Shown here piece after piece: positions 45,189-55,029 of a stretch of DNA of 64,000 bases. Below the pieces are notes generated by a model. That model was not told the DNA's origin. It saw nothing but the letters and a program-made list of their open reading frames with translations, and ran no database searches. The position numbers were made by a program, and so were the translations under genes. The stretch covers positions 1,536,001 through 1,600,000 of the forward strand of contig CP169074.1 of the NCBI GenBank assembly GCA_041891055.1, given 5' to 3'. Within the stretch, counting starts at the first letter, position 1. Every line of letters starts with the position of its first letter. Source of the stretch: Halorutilales archaeon Cl-col2-1. Its GTDB lineage: Archaea; Halobacteriota; Halobacteria; Halobacteriales; Afararchaeaceae.

Positions 45189-46138
45189 CACGAATCACCT
45201 CCGACTCCGAACTCGTCGGCTAGCTCGTCTGTCATCTCCTCCCTCGACAGGTTCGCCTTTACGCCGACGTCTTTTGCGAGAAGCTGGAGTTCTCTGTATG
45301 ACATCTCTTCGAGGTCGTCGAGTGTCTCGGGTGCGGGCGGTGTCTCGTCGGACTCACCCTCGGTTTCCTCGTCTGCCTCTGCCTGAGTCTCCTCGGCTTC
45401 GGCTTCTTCCTCTTCTACTTCTTCTTCTACCCTCTCGGTCTCCTCCTCGACTATCTCCTCTATGCCCTCGGCTTCCTGAGTCTCGGCTTCCTCGACTTCG
45501 GGCTCAGCCTTTTCGGCTTCGGGTATGAGGTCGTCGACGTCTTCGATGTCCTCGATGACGAAGTTGTCGGGGAGTTCGGCGTCGGGCGGTATTATACGCA
45601 CCTGGACACCTATCGCCCCGAGCTTCATGACGGCGGTACCGTAGCCCGTGTCGACTATCTCCTCGGCGGGCTCTCCGCAGTGCTTGATGTAGCCGTCGGA
45701 GAACTTCTCTACACGTGAACGTGCTCCCGTCACCTTTCCGCTGAAGACGATCTCGGCTCCACGGGCTCCGGCGTCCATTATCTTCCTCACCGTCGTCTGA
45801 CCCGCGTCACGGAAGTGCCATCCTCTCTCGAGGGCGTTGGCGAGCCTGTCGGCGACTATACGCGCGTTGAGGTCGGGCTCCGTGACCTCCTGGACGTCTA
45901 TCTGAGGGTCTTCTACGTCGAACCTCTCCTCGAGCTTGTCGGTGAGATCACGTATGTTCTTTCCGCCCTTACCGATGACCATTCCGGGCTTCTCTGCGTG
46001 AAGCTCTATCTCCGTACCCATTGGTGTACGTGCGAGCTCCATTCCTCCGTAGCCCGCGCGTCCGAGCTCCTCCTCGAAGAACTCGTCTATGCGCGACTTC
46101 TTGAGACCGTTCTTGACGAACTCTCTCTCATTAGCCAT
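45188..46138 (-). CDS. rps3: 30S ribosomal protein uS3 with acidic linker and an extra C-terminal helical domain
   Basis: KH domain [10 protein letters not shown]; GARGAEI. Confidence 0.97.
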   Translation of the reverse strand: MANEREFVKNGLKKSRIDEFFEEELGRAGYGGMELARTPMGTEIELHAEKPGMVIGKGGKNIRDLTDKLEERFDVEDPQIDVQEVTEPDLNARIVADRLANALERGWHFRDAGQTTVRKIMDAGARGAEIVFSGKVTGARSRVEKFSDGYIKHCGEPAEEIVDTGYGTAVMKLGAIGVQVRIIPPDAELPDNFVIEDIEDVDDLIPEAEKAEPEVEEAETQEAEGIEEIVEEETERVEEEVEEEEAEAEETQAEADEETEGESDETPPAPETLDDLEEMSYRELQLLAKDVGVKANLSREEMTDELADEFGVGGDS

Positions 46139-46139
46139 T

Positions 46140-46616
46140 TTATTCGCCCTCCGTTTCGGCTTCTTCCTGTTTGAGTATCATCTCTATGTCGACTATGGGC
46201 GTCTGTGCGGGCGACGCACGTCCGAAGGCGCGAGGCATCGTACCTCTCGCCTCTCCTGTCTTGTGTGCGGCGACGTGCTCTATGTACATCTCGTCGGGGT
46301 CGAAGCCCTGATAGTCGGCGTTCGACGCCGCGTTTTCGAGTACCTTGAGCATCTCGCTCGCCGCCTTCTCGGGGTATCTTCCGGCGTCCCAGCCGTCTAT
46401 CTCGGATCTGTGACCCACGTCGGAGTTGTGTTTCTTGAACGGGACTGCCTCGTCGCCCTCGATCACGTTTTCGAGACTCTCGCGCGCCTCGTCGACCTGC
46501 ATTCCCTTTATGTAACGTGCGACCTCGACGGAGTCCTTCTTGCTCACGTGTCGGTCACGACCTATCGCCTTAGCGGTCGTGTCTTCGTCTACGTCTTTTG
46601 AGTAGCTGATTCCCAT
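46140..46616 (-). CDS. rpl22: 50S ribosomal protein uL22
   Basis: GRYPEKA, PRAFGRA. Likely ATG at 46616. Confidence 0.96.
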   Translation of the reverse strand: MGISYSKDVDEDTTAKAIGRDRHVSKKDSVEVARYIKGMQVDEARESLENVIEGDEAVPFKKHNSDVGHRSEIDGWDAGRYPEKAASEMLKVLENAASNADYQGFDPDEMYIEHVAAHKTGEARGTMPRAFGRASPAQTPIVDIEMILKQEEAETEGE

Positions 46617-46621
46617 ATGTA

Positions 46622-47026
46622 TCACTTGAGGGGTACGAACTTCGACGAGCGCGTGGCTCCGAGTCCCGCCTGTCCGTGCTCTACGTCCTTCCTCGTCATC
46701 TCGAACTCGCCGAGGTAATGTCCGATCATCTCGGGCTCGACGTCGACGCGTGCGAACTCCTCTCCGTTGTAGACCATGAAGGTCGTCTCGACCATCTCGG
46801 GGAGTATAGGCATGTCCCTGAGATGTGTACGTATCTCGTCGTCTCCGTCACGTACGCGTTCGAGGAGCTTCTCGCGCTCCTCTCCGAGTCCTCTTTCGAG
46901 AGTCCTACGTATCCTCGCGGGCATTATCTCCTGGAGCTCATCGAGATCCATCTCCTGGAGCTCTTCGAGGCTGTAGCCCCTGTACTGGAACTCTCCTTCT
47001 CTGCTTGGTAGCTCTGACTCTGACAT
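46622..47026 (-). CDS. rps19: 30S ribosomal protein uS19
   Basis: [22 protein letters not shown]. Confidence 0.97.
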   Translation of the reverse strand: MSESELPSREGEFQYRGYSLEELQEMDLDELQEIMPARIRRTLERGLGEEREKLLERVRDGDDEIRTHLRDMPILPEMVETTFMVYNGEEFARVDVEPEMIGHYLGEFEMTRKDVEHGQAGLGATRSSKFVPLK

Positions 47027-47040
47027 CTTATCACCTTGTG

Positions 47041-47754
47041 TTAGTTGTTTCCTGTTCTCCTGCTTCCTATGTCACCGACCTTCCTTCCGGGCGGTGCGTT
47101 AGGACTGATCGACTTGGGCTTTCCGGGGTGCTGTCTTCCTCCGCCACCGAACGGATGGTCTATCGCGTTCATGGCGACTCCACGCACCTTGGGCCACTTT
47201 CCTCCGCGTGACTTCATCTTGTGGTGTTTGTTACCAGCCTTGAGCATCGGCTTCTCAAGCCTTCCTCCACCTGCGACTATTCCGACTGTCGCCCTGCACT
47301 TGGGGTTGAACTGCCTGAGCTCTCCGCTGGGTAGCTGTACTACTGTTCCGCCCTTCTCGTGGGCTATGATAGACGCGCCGGTTCCCGACGAGCGTGCTAT
47401 CTTGCCACCGTCTCCAGGCTTTATCTCCAGGTTGCAGACCGGAACCCCCTCGGGTATCTCAGCGAGTGGAAGAGTGTTACCCGGCTCTATGTCAGCCGAG
47501 ACTCCTGCCTCTATCACGTCGCCGACTCCGACTCCCTCGGGGACGAGAACGTGACGTACGTCGCCGTCCTCGTACTCGACACGTGCGACGGGTGCCGACC
47601 TCGCGGGGTCGTGTTCGAGCTCGATGATCTCGCCGACCATCGTCTCGTCGTCGCCCGTCTCCTTGTGCTCGGTCTTAGCCTTGTAACGGTGACTAGGTGC
47701 CCTGTACGTCGGGCTTCCCTTTCCTGCCTTCTGCTGTCTGATTGGTTTTCCCAT
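47041..47754 (-). CDS. rpl2: 50S ribosomal protein uL2
   Basis: [22 protein letters not shown]. Confidence 0.98.
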   Translation of the reverse strand: MGKPIRQQKAGKGSPTYRAPSHRYKAKTEHKETGDDETMVGEIIELEHDPARSAPVARVEYEDGDVRHVLVPEGVGVGDVIEAGVSADIEPGNTLPLAEIPEGVPVCNLEIKPGDGGKIARSSGTGASIIAHEKGGTVVQLPSGELRQFNPKCRATVGIVAGGGRLEKPMLKAGNKHHKMKSRGGKWPKVRGVAMNAIDHPFGGGGRQHPGKPKSISPNAPPGRKVGDIGSRRTGNN

Positions 47755-47769
47755 ACTTTCACCTCGTGG

Positions 47770-48021
47770 TTAGAACGCTCCCATTCTCGAAGCGAGATCC
47801 TGTGCGGCGTCTTCCTCGACGAACCTCACAGTCGCCTTCTTCTCGCCTTCCATGGTTATCTGTGTGTTGACGTCAGCGACATCGACGTCGTACGCCGACT
47901 CTATCGCCTCGGATATCTCGGGCTTTGCGGCGTCTATGTCGACTATGAACTGCATCTTGTTCTCGAAGTCCATCTGATCCATCGCCTTCTCCGTGATGTG
48001 GGGTCTGACTATTACGCTCAT
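47770..48021 (-). CDS. rpl23: 50S ribosomal protein uL23
   Basis: P.ITEKA, KKATV. Confidence 0.96.
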   Translation of the reverse strand: MSVIVRPHITEKAMDQMDFENKMQFIVDIDAAKPEISEAIESAYDVDVADVNTQITMEGEKKATVRFVEEDAAQDLASRMGAF

Positions 48022-48767
48022 CTTTCGTCTAGCACCTCGAGTGCTTTCTCTGTCCAGACCGTGAGTCTTCCTCCGACGCCTCCGGGTGCGAGATCCCTGA
48101 CGTCGACGTCCTCGGCGGAGACGACGTCGGCACCTGCGAGGTTTCTCGCCGCCTTGTAGTCGTTCATCGCCGTCACGAAGAGTATGCTCTTGGGTCTCCT
48201 GTACTTCCTGCCTCTCGTCGTACCCTGTCCCGCACGTACCTTCCTGTCGTCGGCTCTCTCTATGTCGTCGTAGAGACCGATCTCCTTCAGAACGTCGACA
48301 ACTTCCTGTGTCTTCACGAGATCCTCGAACCCTGCGTCGACTACTACGGGAAGATCGAGGCTGTCGTCGAATTCGTGTCCCCTCTCGGCGACTACCTCGG
48401 AATCAGCCGTCGCGGCTACGGCACTTCTGACAGCCTTCTTCCTCTCCTTGTCGTTGATGTCCTCGCCGATATTCTTCTCAGCCTTCGGGGGATGTGCTCG
48501 TCTTCCGCCTACGACGTGGGGTGAACGCGCTGCTGTGTTCGAGTTCTTCACTCTCGGAACCTGTGCGGCTCCTCTTCCCTTACCCCAAGACTCGGCACTC
48601 GTCCTCTTCCCTGCGAATGGGTCTGCGCCGTAGGGCTGCTTCGCGTTCGCCTCGGCTGAGTGGAACGCCTTCTTTATGATGTCGGGACGGTACTCCTCCT
48701 CGAATGTGTCGGGGAGATCGATCGTCTCGTTCTTTTCTCCGTCTACTGTGTATACGTCTGCTTCCAT
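48018..48767 (-). CDS. rpl4: 50S ribosomal protein uL4
   Basis: SAESWG.GRG, GGRRAHPP, LAPGG..GRLTVWT. Confidence 0.97.
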   Translation of the reverse strand: MEADVYTVDGEKNETIDLPDTFEEEYRPDIIKKAFHSAEANAKQPYGADPFAGKRTSAESWGKGRGAAQVPRVKNSNTAARSPHVVGGRRAHPPKAEKNIGEDINDKERKKAVRSAVAATADSEVVAERGHEFDDSLDLPVVVDAGFEDLVKTQEVVDVLKEIGLYDDIERADDRKVRAGQGTTRGRKYRRPKSILFVTAMNDYKAARNLAGADVVSAEDVDVRDLAPGGVGGRLTVWTEKALEVLDER

Positions 48768-48771
48768 TCTA

Positions 48772-49764
48772 TCACCTGCTTATGTACTCGATCTCGGGGT
48801 CGTATCTGTTCTCGCCCTTCGGACGCACGGGCTTGCGCGTCCTCACGAGACGTTTCTTGGGACCCGGAACGCTGCCCTTGACGAGCATGTATCCCGACTT
48901 GACCTCTCCGTAGTCGGTGATACCGCCCTCGGGTGTGACTTCTTTGCCATCGTCTCCCGTCGAGAGGAGGCGTTTGTTGACCTCGGTTCTCTGGTGGTAT
49001 CCCGTCTGTCCCTGCTGAGGAACCGTCGAACGTACACGTGACGGATGCCACGGACCGAGGTTGCCTATTCTGCGCTTGTATCCCTGTCGGGCGTGCTTGC
49101 CCTTTCTTAGCTGGACTCCCCAGCGCTTTACGGGACCCTGTGTACCCTTACCCTTCGTGATCGAGGAGACGTCGAGGTACTCTCCGTCCCTGTGTATCTC
49201 GTCGGGCTCCACCTCGTCACCGAGGAGTTCGAGACCGTGTTCGAGACGGTCTTCGACTGAGCCGCCTCCGATACGTGTCTCCATCACGTCGGGTGTCCTC
49301 CTCGGGACGTTGGCGAGGTTGGGTAAGGTGTAGGTTATCGCTCTTATCTCAGAGACCTCGTCGATTGAGTCTCTTATCTTTTCCTCGGCACTCTCGGGGT
49401 CGTGCCCCTCGGGCACGTTGAGAGCGCGGTCTATTCCGTCGTTTGTGTCGAAGCTGTCCGTCCATACCTCTGTGAGCGGACGCTTTCCGTACGGTGTGTC
49501 TCGGTACGCCCTTACGGCTCCGATCTTTATCGGGGGCGTTTCGAGTATAGTAACCGGCACACTCTCCGTCATACCTTCACGGGGTGAGTCGGGCTTGTCG
49601 TTGACCATTAGAACGTGGGTCATGCCCGCCTTGTATCCCGCGAAGCCCTGTAGCTCCGTCGTGTCGGATTCGGGCCACGAGCGGAAGTTCGGAACCTCCG
49701 ACTCCGCTCTCTTTCTGGGACCGAATCCCTTGGATCCGCGTCTTGGTTTTGATGGAGTAGGCAT
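48772..49764 (-). CDS. rpl3: 50S ribosomal protein uL3
   Basis: GYKAGMTH, TKGKGTQGPVKRWG, KGSVPG. Confidence 0.98.
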   Translation of the reverse strand: MPTPSKPRRGSKGFGPRKRAESEVPNFRSWPESDTTELQGFAGYKAGMTHVLMVNDKPDSPREGMTESVPVTILETPPIKIGAVRAYRDTPYGKRPLTEVWTDSFDTNDGIDRALNVPEGHDPESAEEKIRDSIDEVSEIRAITYTLPNLANVPRRTPDVMETRIGGGSVEDRLEHGLELLGDEVEPDEIHRDGEYLDVSSITKGKGTQGPVKRWGVQLRKGKHARQGYKRRIGNLGPWHPSRVRSTVPQQGQTGYHQRTEVNKRLLSTGDDGKEVTPEGGITDYGEVKSGYMLVKGSVPGPKKRLVRTRKPVRPKGENRYDPEIEYISR

Positions 49765-49767
49765 ATC

Positions 49768-50640
49768 TTAAGTCCTCCTTGTCTTCGTCTTGTCTTGCAC
49801 TCTTGCTATGTTGAGTACGGCGAGTGACGAGAAGACCGCCTCCTCGGTTCTCACCGTACGTGTACCCTGATCGGGTACTGTGTTAACTGTCAGGTCGAAG
49901 CTTTCGGACGGCTGGTCGACGGAGTAGTACTCCCTCAGAATACTGTAGACACCTCGTCCGGGTGCTCCGAATACGACACCTATCTCGTTCTCGTCACCGT
50001 CTCGTTTCCGGGTCTCTTCTGTACTACGGATCTCGTCCAAGTCTACTGTCTCTCCTTTACGAGACGTGGCTACTACTGTGCCGTCGGTGTCGTCGATCCA
50101 GTCGACGAGCGAGGATCTCGTGACCTCGTATCCCCAGTAGTCGGGGACTTCTTCCTCGTCGACTATCTCGGCTCTCAGAGGCTCTCTCGAATGTATTCTG
50201 AGGGTAACGCGTTCGCCCTCACGTACGTCTTGCGTCGTACGTAGAGCGACCGGGTGTTGCAGTCCGCAATTGACCCGTACGCGTCCGTCAGAGCCGATCT
50301 TACTCACTACGCCCTGTCTGTACTGGCTTACATCACGACTGCGTTCGCTGTCGGAACGCGAGACTGTATGCGGCGGTATCTGAAGCGGCGGCATGACGCC
50401 CGCGTACCTGAGCTCTTCACGCCTTTCGAAGACGTGTTTCCTCAGATAGGGGGGCGTCACCGCGTATTCGAGGAGTAGACTGATCTCGTCCGCCTCGTCG
50501 GGGTCGTCGTCGAAGACGACCACCTCGTCACACCGAAAGACCGAGGCAGCGCGCGCGATCTCGCCCACTTTGTAGGCTTTCCTGCGTCCGCTTTCGGTCT
50601 CCGATGTCAGAGACGCCGGGATCAGTAACGTAACTCGCAT
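49768..50640 (-). CDS. SPOUT RNA methyltransferase (DUF171 type)
   Basis: IARAASVF, TPPYLRK, VFGAP, NTVPDQGTRTVRTEEA; conserved position upstream of rpl3. Confidence 0.92.
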   Translation of the reverse strand: MRVTLLIPASLTSETESGRRKAYKVGEIARAASVFRCDEVVVFDDDPDEADEISLLLEYAVTPPYLRKHVFERREELRYAGVMPPLQIPPHTVSRSDSERSRDVSQYRQGVVSKIGSDGRVRVNCGLQHPVALRTTQDVREGERVTLRIHSREPLRAEIVDEEEVPDYWGYEVTRSSLVDWIDDTDGTVVATSRKGETVDLDEIRSTEETRKRDGDENEIGVVFGAPGRGVYSILREYYSVDQPSESFDLTVNTVPDQGTRTVRTEEAVFSSLAVLNIARVQDKTKTRRT

Positions 50641-50822
50641 ACGCCGGTTAGCCGCTTACCGCATTAGTCTCTGTCGGTATGGGGTAAGTTCGCCTTCCTA
50701 CTTTGATAAGGCTGTCGTTCGAGAGGGTCTTTGGGAGGCTGTGTCAGGCACGTCTCGGGCAACCGTCGAAAACCGTAATGGTTTATTAGCGAAAAGGACA
50801 GTTTGAGACAGGTGAGTAACTC

Positions 50823-51092
50823 TTGAAACATCAGACCATCCGGGACGACTCGGGCAGACGGATCAAGCTCGGGATTCCAGACCACGCCGACGACGAGGAG
50901 ATGGCGGCTCTCTCGGCTGCTGTGTCGGCTCTGATATCCGCACAGGAGACAGAGGAAGAAGAGGAAGAAGAAGAGGTAGACTCGTGGAAGATGTCGGGTC
51001 GTTACGCCACCGTCGGAGAGAGGGGCAAGAAGACTCCGAAGGGTCTCACGGCTTCCGGATGGAAACTTTCATCAAGAGCTGACAGGTTCTAA
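50823..51092 (+). CDS. Acyl-CoA carboxylase small accessory subunit (PccX-like)
   Basis: IPDHADDEEMAA...WKMSGR...WKLSSRADRF; GGTGA SD before a TTG start; lies upstream of the biotin carboxylase. Confidence 0.75.
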   Translation: MKHQTIRDDSGRRIKLGIPDHADDEEMAALSAAVSALISAQETEEEEEEEEVDSWKMSGRYATVGERGKKTPKGLTASGWKLSSRADRF

Positions 51093-51108
51093 CTGAGGGA
51101 TACAAAAA

Positions 51109-52893
51109 ATGACACAGTTTGACAAGGTTCTGGTCGCGAACAGAGGAGAGATCGCAATAAGGGTTCTGAGAGCATGTAGGGAGCTAGGCATAGACACCGT
51201 CGCAGTCTACTCGGAAGTCGACAAGGAGGCGAGACACGTTGACTACGCCGATGAGGCGTACAACATAGGACCCGAGGCAGCGAGCGAGTCGTACCTCAAT
51301 CAGGATAACATCTTCGAGGTCGCACACGAGGCTGACGTCGACGCTATACATCCTGGATACGGATTCCTCGCCGAGAACGCTGACTTCGCCGAGAGATGCC
51401 GTGACGAGGGCATCGTCTTCATAGGTCCTCCCTCGAATGCGATGGACATAATGGCGTCTAAGACGAAGGCGCGCGAGGAGATGAAGGAAGCGGGCGTTCC
51501 GCCCGTACCCGGTACGACAGATCCCGCCGAGTCGGTCGAGGAGGTCAAGGAGTTCGGCGACGAGCACGGCTACCCTATCGCCATAAAGGCTGCGGCGGGA
51601 GGAGGAGGAAAGGGTCTCCGTATCGCCCACGACGAGGAGGAGGCGGAGGACGCCTACGAGGGCGCGAAACGTGAGGGTCGAGCCTACTTCGACGACGAGA
51701 CAGTCTACCTAGAGAGGTACCTCGAGAACCCGAGACACATAGAGGTACAGGTTCTCTCCGACAAACACGGAAACCACCTCCATCTCGGAGAACGTGACTG
51801 TTCGATACAGAGGGAGCACCAGAAGATAGTCGAGGAGACACCGTCGCTAGCGATAACCGACGAGGAGCGCGAGGAGCTCGGACAGACCGCGATAGACGCC
51901 GCCGATGCGGTCGACTACACGAGTGCGGGAACCGTCGAGTTCCTGTATGAGGACGGCGACTTCTACTTCCTCGAGATGAACACGAGGATACAGGTCGAGC
52001 ATACCGTGACCGAGATGGTGACGGGAATAGACATCGTCAAGTGGCAGATCCGTATCGCCCAGGGCGAGGAGATCGACTTCGACCAGGACGACGTCGAGAT
52101 AGACGGAGCCTCGATAGAGTGCAGAATAAACGCTGAAGACCCCTCACGCGACTTCGCTCCGACGCCGGGTAAGGTCACTAACTACCACGCACCCGGAGGA
52201 TACGGTGTACGTATGGACTCGGCTCTCTACAACGGCTACGAGATAGTCGGGTCTTACGACTCGATGGTCGGAAAGCTAATATCTTGGGGTGAGGACAGGG
52301 ACGAAGCTATAAAGAGAATGAGACGTGGACTCTGGGAGCTACGTGTCGACGGCGTCACGACTAACGTTCCGTTCCTAGAGCTCATACTCCACGACTCGAC
52401 CTTCGTCGCCGGAAACGTCACGACCAACTACTTCGACGAGCACATCGACCAGGAGGACATCGAGAGAGCGATGGAGGAGCTCGATGTCATAGACGTCGTC
52501 CAGGATGAGGAAGAGGGCGTCGTCGTACAGCGCGAGTTCAAGGCTGAGGTCAACGGCAAGCTCTTTAACATAAACCTCGCCGAGATAGGAGCGGGAGACA
52601 TAGACGAGCAGAAGGAGAAACAGGAGAAGAAGAAGAAGAAACGTGCCGAGCGCGAGAAGAGGGAAGCCGAGACCGAGGCGGGCGAGGTCGTCTCCGCCGA
52701 GATGCAGGGCACCATCGTCGAGGTCAACGTCGAAGAGGGCGACGAGGTCGAAGAGGGCGACGTGATCTGTGTCCTCGAAGCCATGAAGATGGAGAACGAC
52801 ATAATCACCAACACCGCCGGAACGGTTCAGGAGATAGCAGTCGAGGAGGATCAGGACATCGACATGGACGACCTGATCGCAGTCATCGAATAA
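51109..52893 (+). CDS. pccA: Acyl-CoA carboxylase biotin carboxylase/BCCP subunit
   Basis: ANRGEIA, HPGYGFLAE, EMNTRIQVEH, EAMKM biotinylation site. Confidence 0.95.
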   Translation: MTQFDKVLVANRGEIAIRVLRACRELGIDTVAVYSEVDKEARHVDYADEAYNIGPEAASESYLNQDNIFEVAHEADVDAIHPGYGFLAENADFAERCRDEGIVFIGPPSNAMDIMASKTKAREEMKEAGVPPVPGTTDPAESVEEVKEFGDEHGYPIAIKAAAGGGGKGLRIAHDEEEAEDAYEGAKREGRAYFDDETVYLERYLENPRHIEVQVLSDKHGNHLHLGERDCSIQREHQKIVEETPSLAITDEEREELGQTAIDAADAVDYTSAGTVEFLYEDGDFYFLEMNTRIQVEHTVTEMVTGIDIVKWQIRIAQGEEIDFDQDDVEIDGASIECRINAEDPSRDFAPTPGKVTNYHAPGGYGVRMDSALYNGYEIVGSYDSMVGKLISWGEDRDEAIKRMRRGLWELRVDGVTTNVPFLELILHDSTFVAGNVTTNYFDEHIDQEDIERAMEELDVIDVVQDEEEGVVVQREFKAEVNGKLFNINLAEIGAGDIDEQKEKQEKKKKKRAEREKREAETEAGEVVSAEMQGTIVEVNVEEGDEVEEGDVICVLEAMKMENDIITNTAGTVQEIAVEEDQDIDMDDLIAVIE

Positions 52894-53335
52894 CTTCGAG
52901 TATCTCCTCGGCGTGTCCCTCAGGCGACACGTCGTCGTATATCTTCTCTACTTTTCCTTCCTCGTCTATGACGTAGGTCTTCCTGAAGACGCCGTCGAAG
53001 CTGTTGCCGAACATCTTCTTCTCACCGTAGGCGTCGTACTCAGAGGCGACCTCGCCCGACTCGTCGCTCAGGAGGTCGAACGGGAGGTCGTACTTCTCCT
53101 CGAACTTCTTGAGGTCGTCGACTGGGTCGTCGCTGACACCTAATACCACGGCGTTCTCGTCTTCTAGGTCGTCGTATACGTCCCTGAAGCCGCAAGCCTC
53201 GGTCGTACAGCCCGGCGTGTCGGCGCGCGGGTAGAAGTAGAGGACGACCCATCTTCCCTCGTAGTCTGAGAGGCTGACTTCCTCGCCGTCCTGGTTCTCT
53301 AAGCTGAAGTCGGGTGGTGTGTCTCCTTCTTGCAT
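52883..53335 (-). CDS. bcp: Peroxiredoxin BCP
   Basis: YFYPRADTPGCTTEAC. Confidence 0.95.
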   Translation of the reverse strand: MQEGDTPPDFSLENQDGEEVSLSDYEGRWVVLYFYPRADTPGCTTEACGFRDVYDDLEDENAVVLGVSDDPVDDLKKFEEKYDLPFDLLSDESGEVASEYDAYGEKKMFGNSFDGVFRKTYVIDEEGKVEKIYDDVSPEGHAEEILEVIR

Positions 53336-53558
53336 ACGTAGTAGTCGTACACAGATAGGGATAAGTCTTAGTCCGGGAGAGGGTATATCTGACTAAAACC
53401 GGGAGTCTTCGTATAAAGTGGACGAGATAAACCGAAAACCGGCGGATCTGAACCACAGTCAGTTCACTAAACAGTATACCTCTGGTTCAGACTCCCGATA
53501 AATAAGATGAGGAGCGCTTCGCATGCCTCAACGGTGTCGACTCGCCAAATCAGTGTAG

Positions 53559-53753
53559 TGGGGTCGGAGGGATTTGAACCCCCGATCGACTGGTCTCCCC
53601 GGATACGTCCCTGTTACTCAGTCCTCCAGAGGTTCTTCAACGCCCGGGTTGATCAGACCCAAGCTCAGTAGACCAGTCTGGAGTTCATCAACGTAACGCG
53701 TGAGACGGTATTCCTCTGGAGCCAGTCGCCCTGCCGGACTAGGCCACGACCCC
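53559..53753 (-). tRNA. tRNA-Trp(CCA) with a 121-nt intron at 37/38
   Basis: Exon 1 is 53716-53753 (GGGGTCG...ACTGG-CT-CCA-G); exon 2 is 53559-53594 (ACCAGT...GGTTCAAATCC...CGACCCCA). Confidence 0.95.
53595..53715 (-). ncRNA. Intron-encoded box C/D guide sRNA of pre-tRNA-Trp
   Basis: Box C TTGATGA (53685-53691), D' CTGA (53665-53668), C' TTGAAGA (53634-53640), D CTGA (53618-53621); guides are complementary to the exon-intron junctions. Confidence 0.9.
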
Positions 53754-53833
53754 TCCGTTGGTTCTTGTCGTAGCTCGGCTTTATGGATTTCGGTTTCGCC
53801 ATGCTCTTGATACTCGACTCCCATACGTCGAAC

Positions 53834-54535
53834 ATGAAACTGGGTCTCCTCAGCGTCTCACACAACCCCGAGTACACCCACGACAACTTCGAGAGAGTAT
53901 TTGTCGAGAACGGAGACGGAGTAGATATCGAGATGGAGATATACGACGTCCGTAGCCTCGAGTTCCCTGACCACGACGAGATAGATGTCGGAGTCGTGAC
54001 GGGATCGAAGGCGAGTGTCTACGACGGTGACGACCACGGGTTCGTGGAGCCCCTCGCTGACTGGATACGCACAGCTGACGACGTCGACCTGCCGTGTCTC
54101 GGCGTCTGTTACGGACACCAGGCGATAGCCGACGCCCTCGGAGGAGAGATCGAACCCCTCTCCTACGACGATGTCTCGGGAGGCGTCGAACTCGGTTACC
54201 GCGACGTTGAACACACGGGAGATCCGATGTTCGACGGCGTGCCTCGGGGCTTCGTCTCTTTCCAGAGCCACGGTGACTACGTCTCCGAACTCCCCGACGG
54301 AGTCGAAGCCACCGCGACAAACGACGTCTGTGTCCAAGCACTCAGGTCGGGGTCGCTGTGGTCGGTACAGTTCCACCCCGAGGTCGATACCGACTACGCT
54401 CGGAAGCTCATAACTGAGAAGGAGCTGTCGGAGGAGGTCAGACACGACGCTCTCGACACGGTCACTCAGGAGAACTATGAGGCTTCACTCGAATCCCGCC
54501 GCGTCTTCGAGAACTTCGTCGAGACTTACAGGTAA
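53834..54535 (+). CDS. Class I glutamine amidotransferase (GMP-synthase-like)
   Basis: TGS, LGVCYGHQ and QFHPE catalytic triad. Confidence 0.92.
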   Translation: MKLGLLSVSHNPEYTHDNFERVFVENGDGVDIEMEIYDVRSLEFPDHDEIDVGVVTGSKASVYDGDDHGFVEPLADWIRTADDVDLPCLGVCYGHQAIADALGGEIEPLSYDDVSGGVELGYRDVEHTGDPMFDGVPRGFVSFQSHGDYVSELPDGVEATATNDVCVQALRSGSLWSVQFHPEVDTDYARKLITEKELSEEVRHDALDTVTQENYEASLESRRVFENFVETYR

Positions 54536-54571
54536 GCAAAGAGTTTAGACTCTAGAGACTCAATCTTGTGT

Positions 54572-54946
54572 ATGTTCGAGGAAAGCATCCGTCACCGTAT
54601 AGAGGAGGAAGGATCGGAGATAATGAGAGCTCTCGACGAGAAGAAGCCGCTTTCGGCTGACGTTCTCGAAAGCTCCGACGAGGTGATGGTACTCGTCGAC
54701 CTGCCGGGCTGTGACAAGGAGACGATAGACCTCAACTTCGAGAGAGGGAGTCTCAAAGTCGAGGCGGTACGTGAGAAGCCCCTCGAAGAGGGGTTCCGGT
54801 ACGTGAGAGAGACGAGGAACGATCTCTTCGAGGGTAAGGTTCCGATACCCACGAAGGTCTTAGCAGAAGAGGCGTCGGCGACCTACGACAACGGTCTCCT
54901 TGAGGTCAGGCTCCCGAAGGAGACGAAGGACATAGAGATAGAGTAG
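54572..54946 (+). CDS. Hsp20/alpha-crystallin small heat shock protein
   Basis: VDLPG, ASATYDNGLLEVRLPK. Confidence 0.92.
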   Translation: MFEESIRHRIEEEGSEIMRALDEKKPLSADVLESSDEVMVLVDLPGCDKETIDLNFERGSLKVEAVREKPLEEGFRYVRETRNDLFEGKVPIPTKVLAEEASATYDNGLLEVRLPKETKDIEIE

Positions 54947-55029
54947 CGGAAAGACGAGTGGAGAGTCCGCGATGGGAATAGAGTACGTATCTGACCTAAC
55001 TCAACCAATCTAATCTAACACCTCAAACT

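Noticed and set aside
53618-53955. Short ORFs over tRNA-Trp
   Set aside because: They overlap the tRNA, its intron and the GATase start.
54972-55013. 13-codon ORF with CTAAC/CTAAT-like repeats between hsp20 and the ABC1 kinase
   Set aside because: Out of frame with the kinase, not overlapping its start and without a clear SD; probably spacer.
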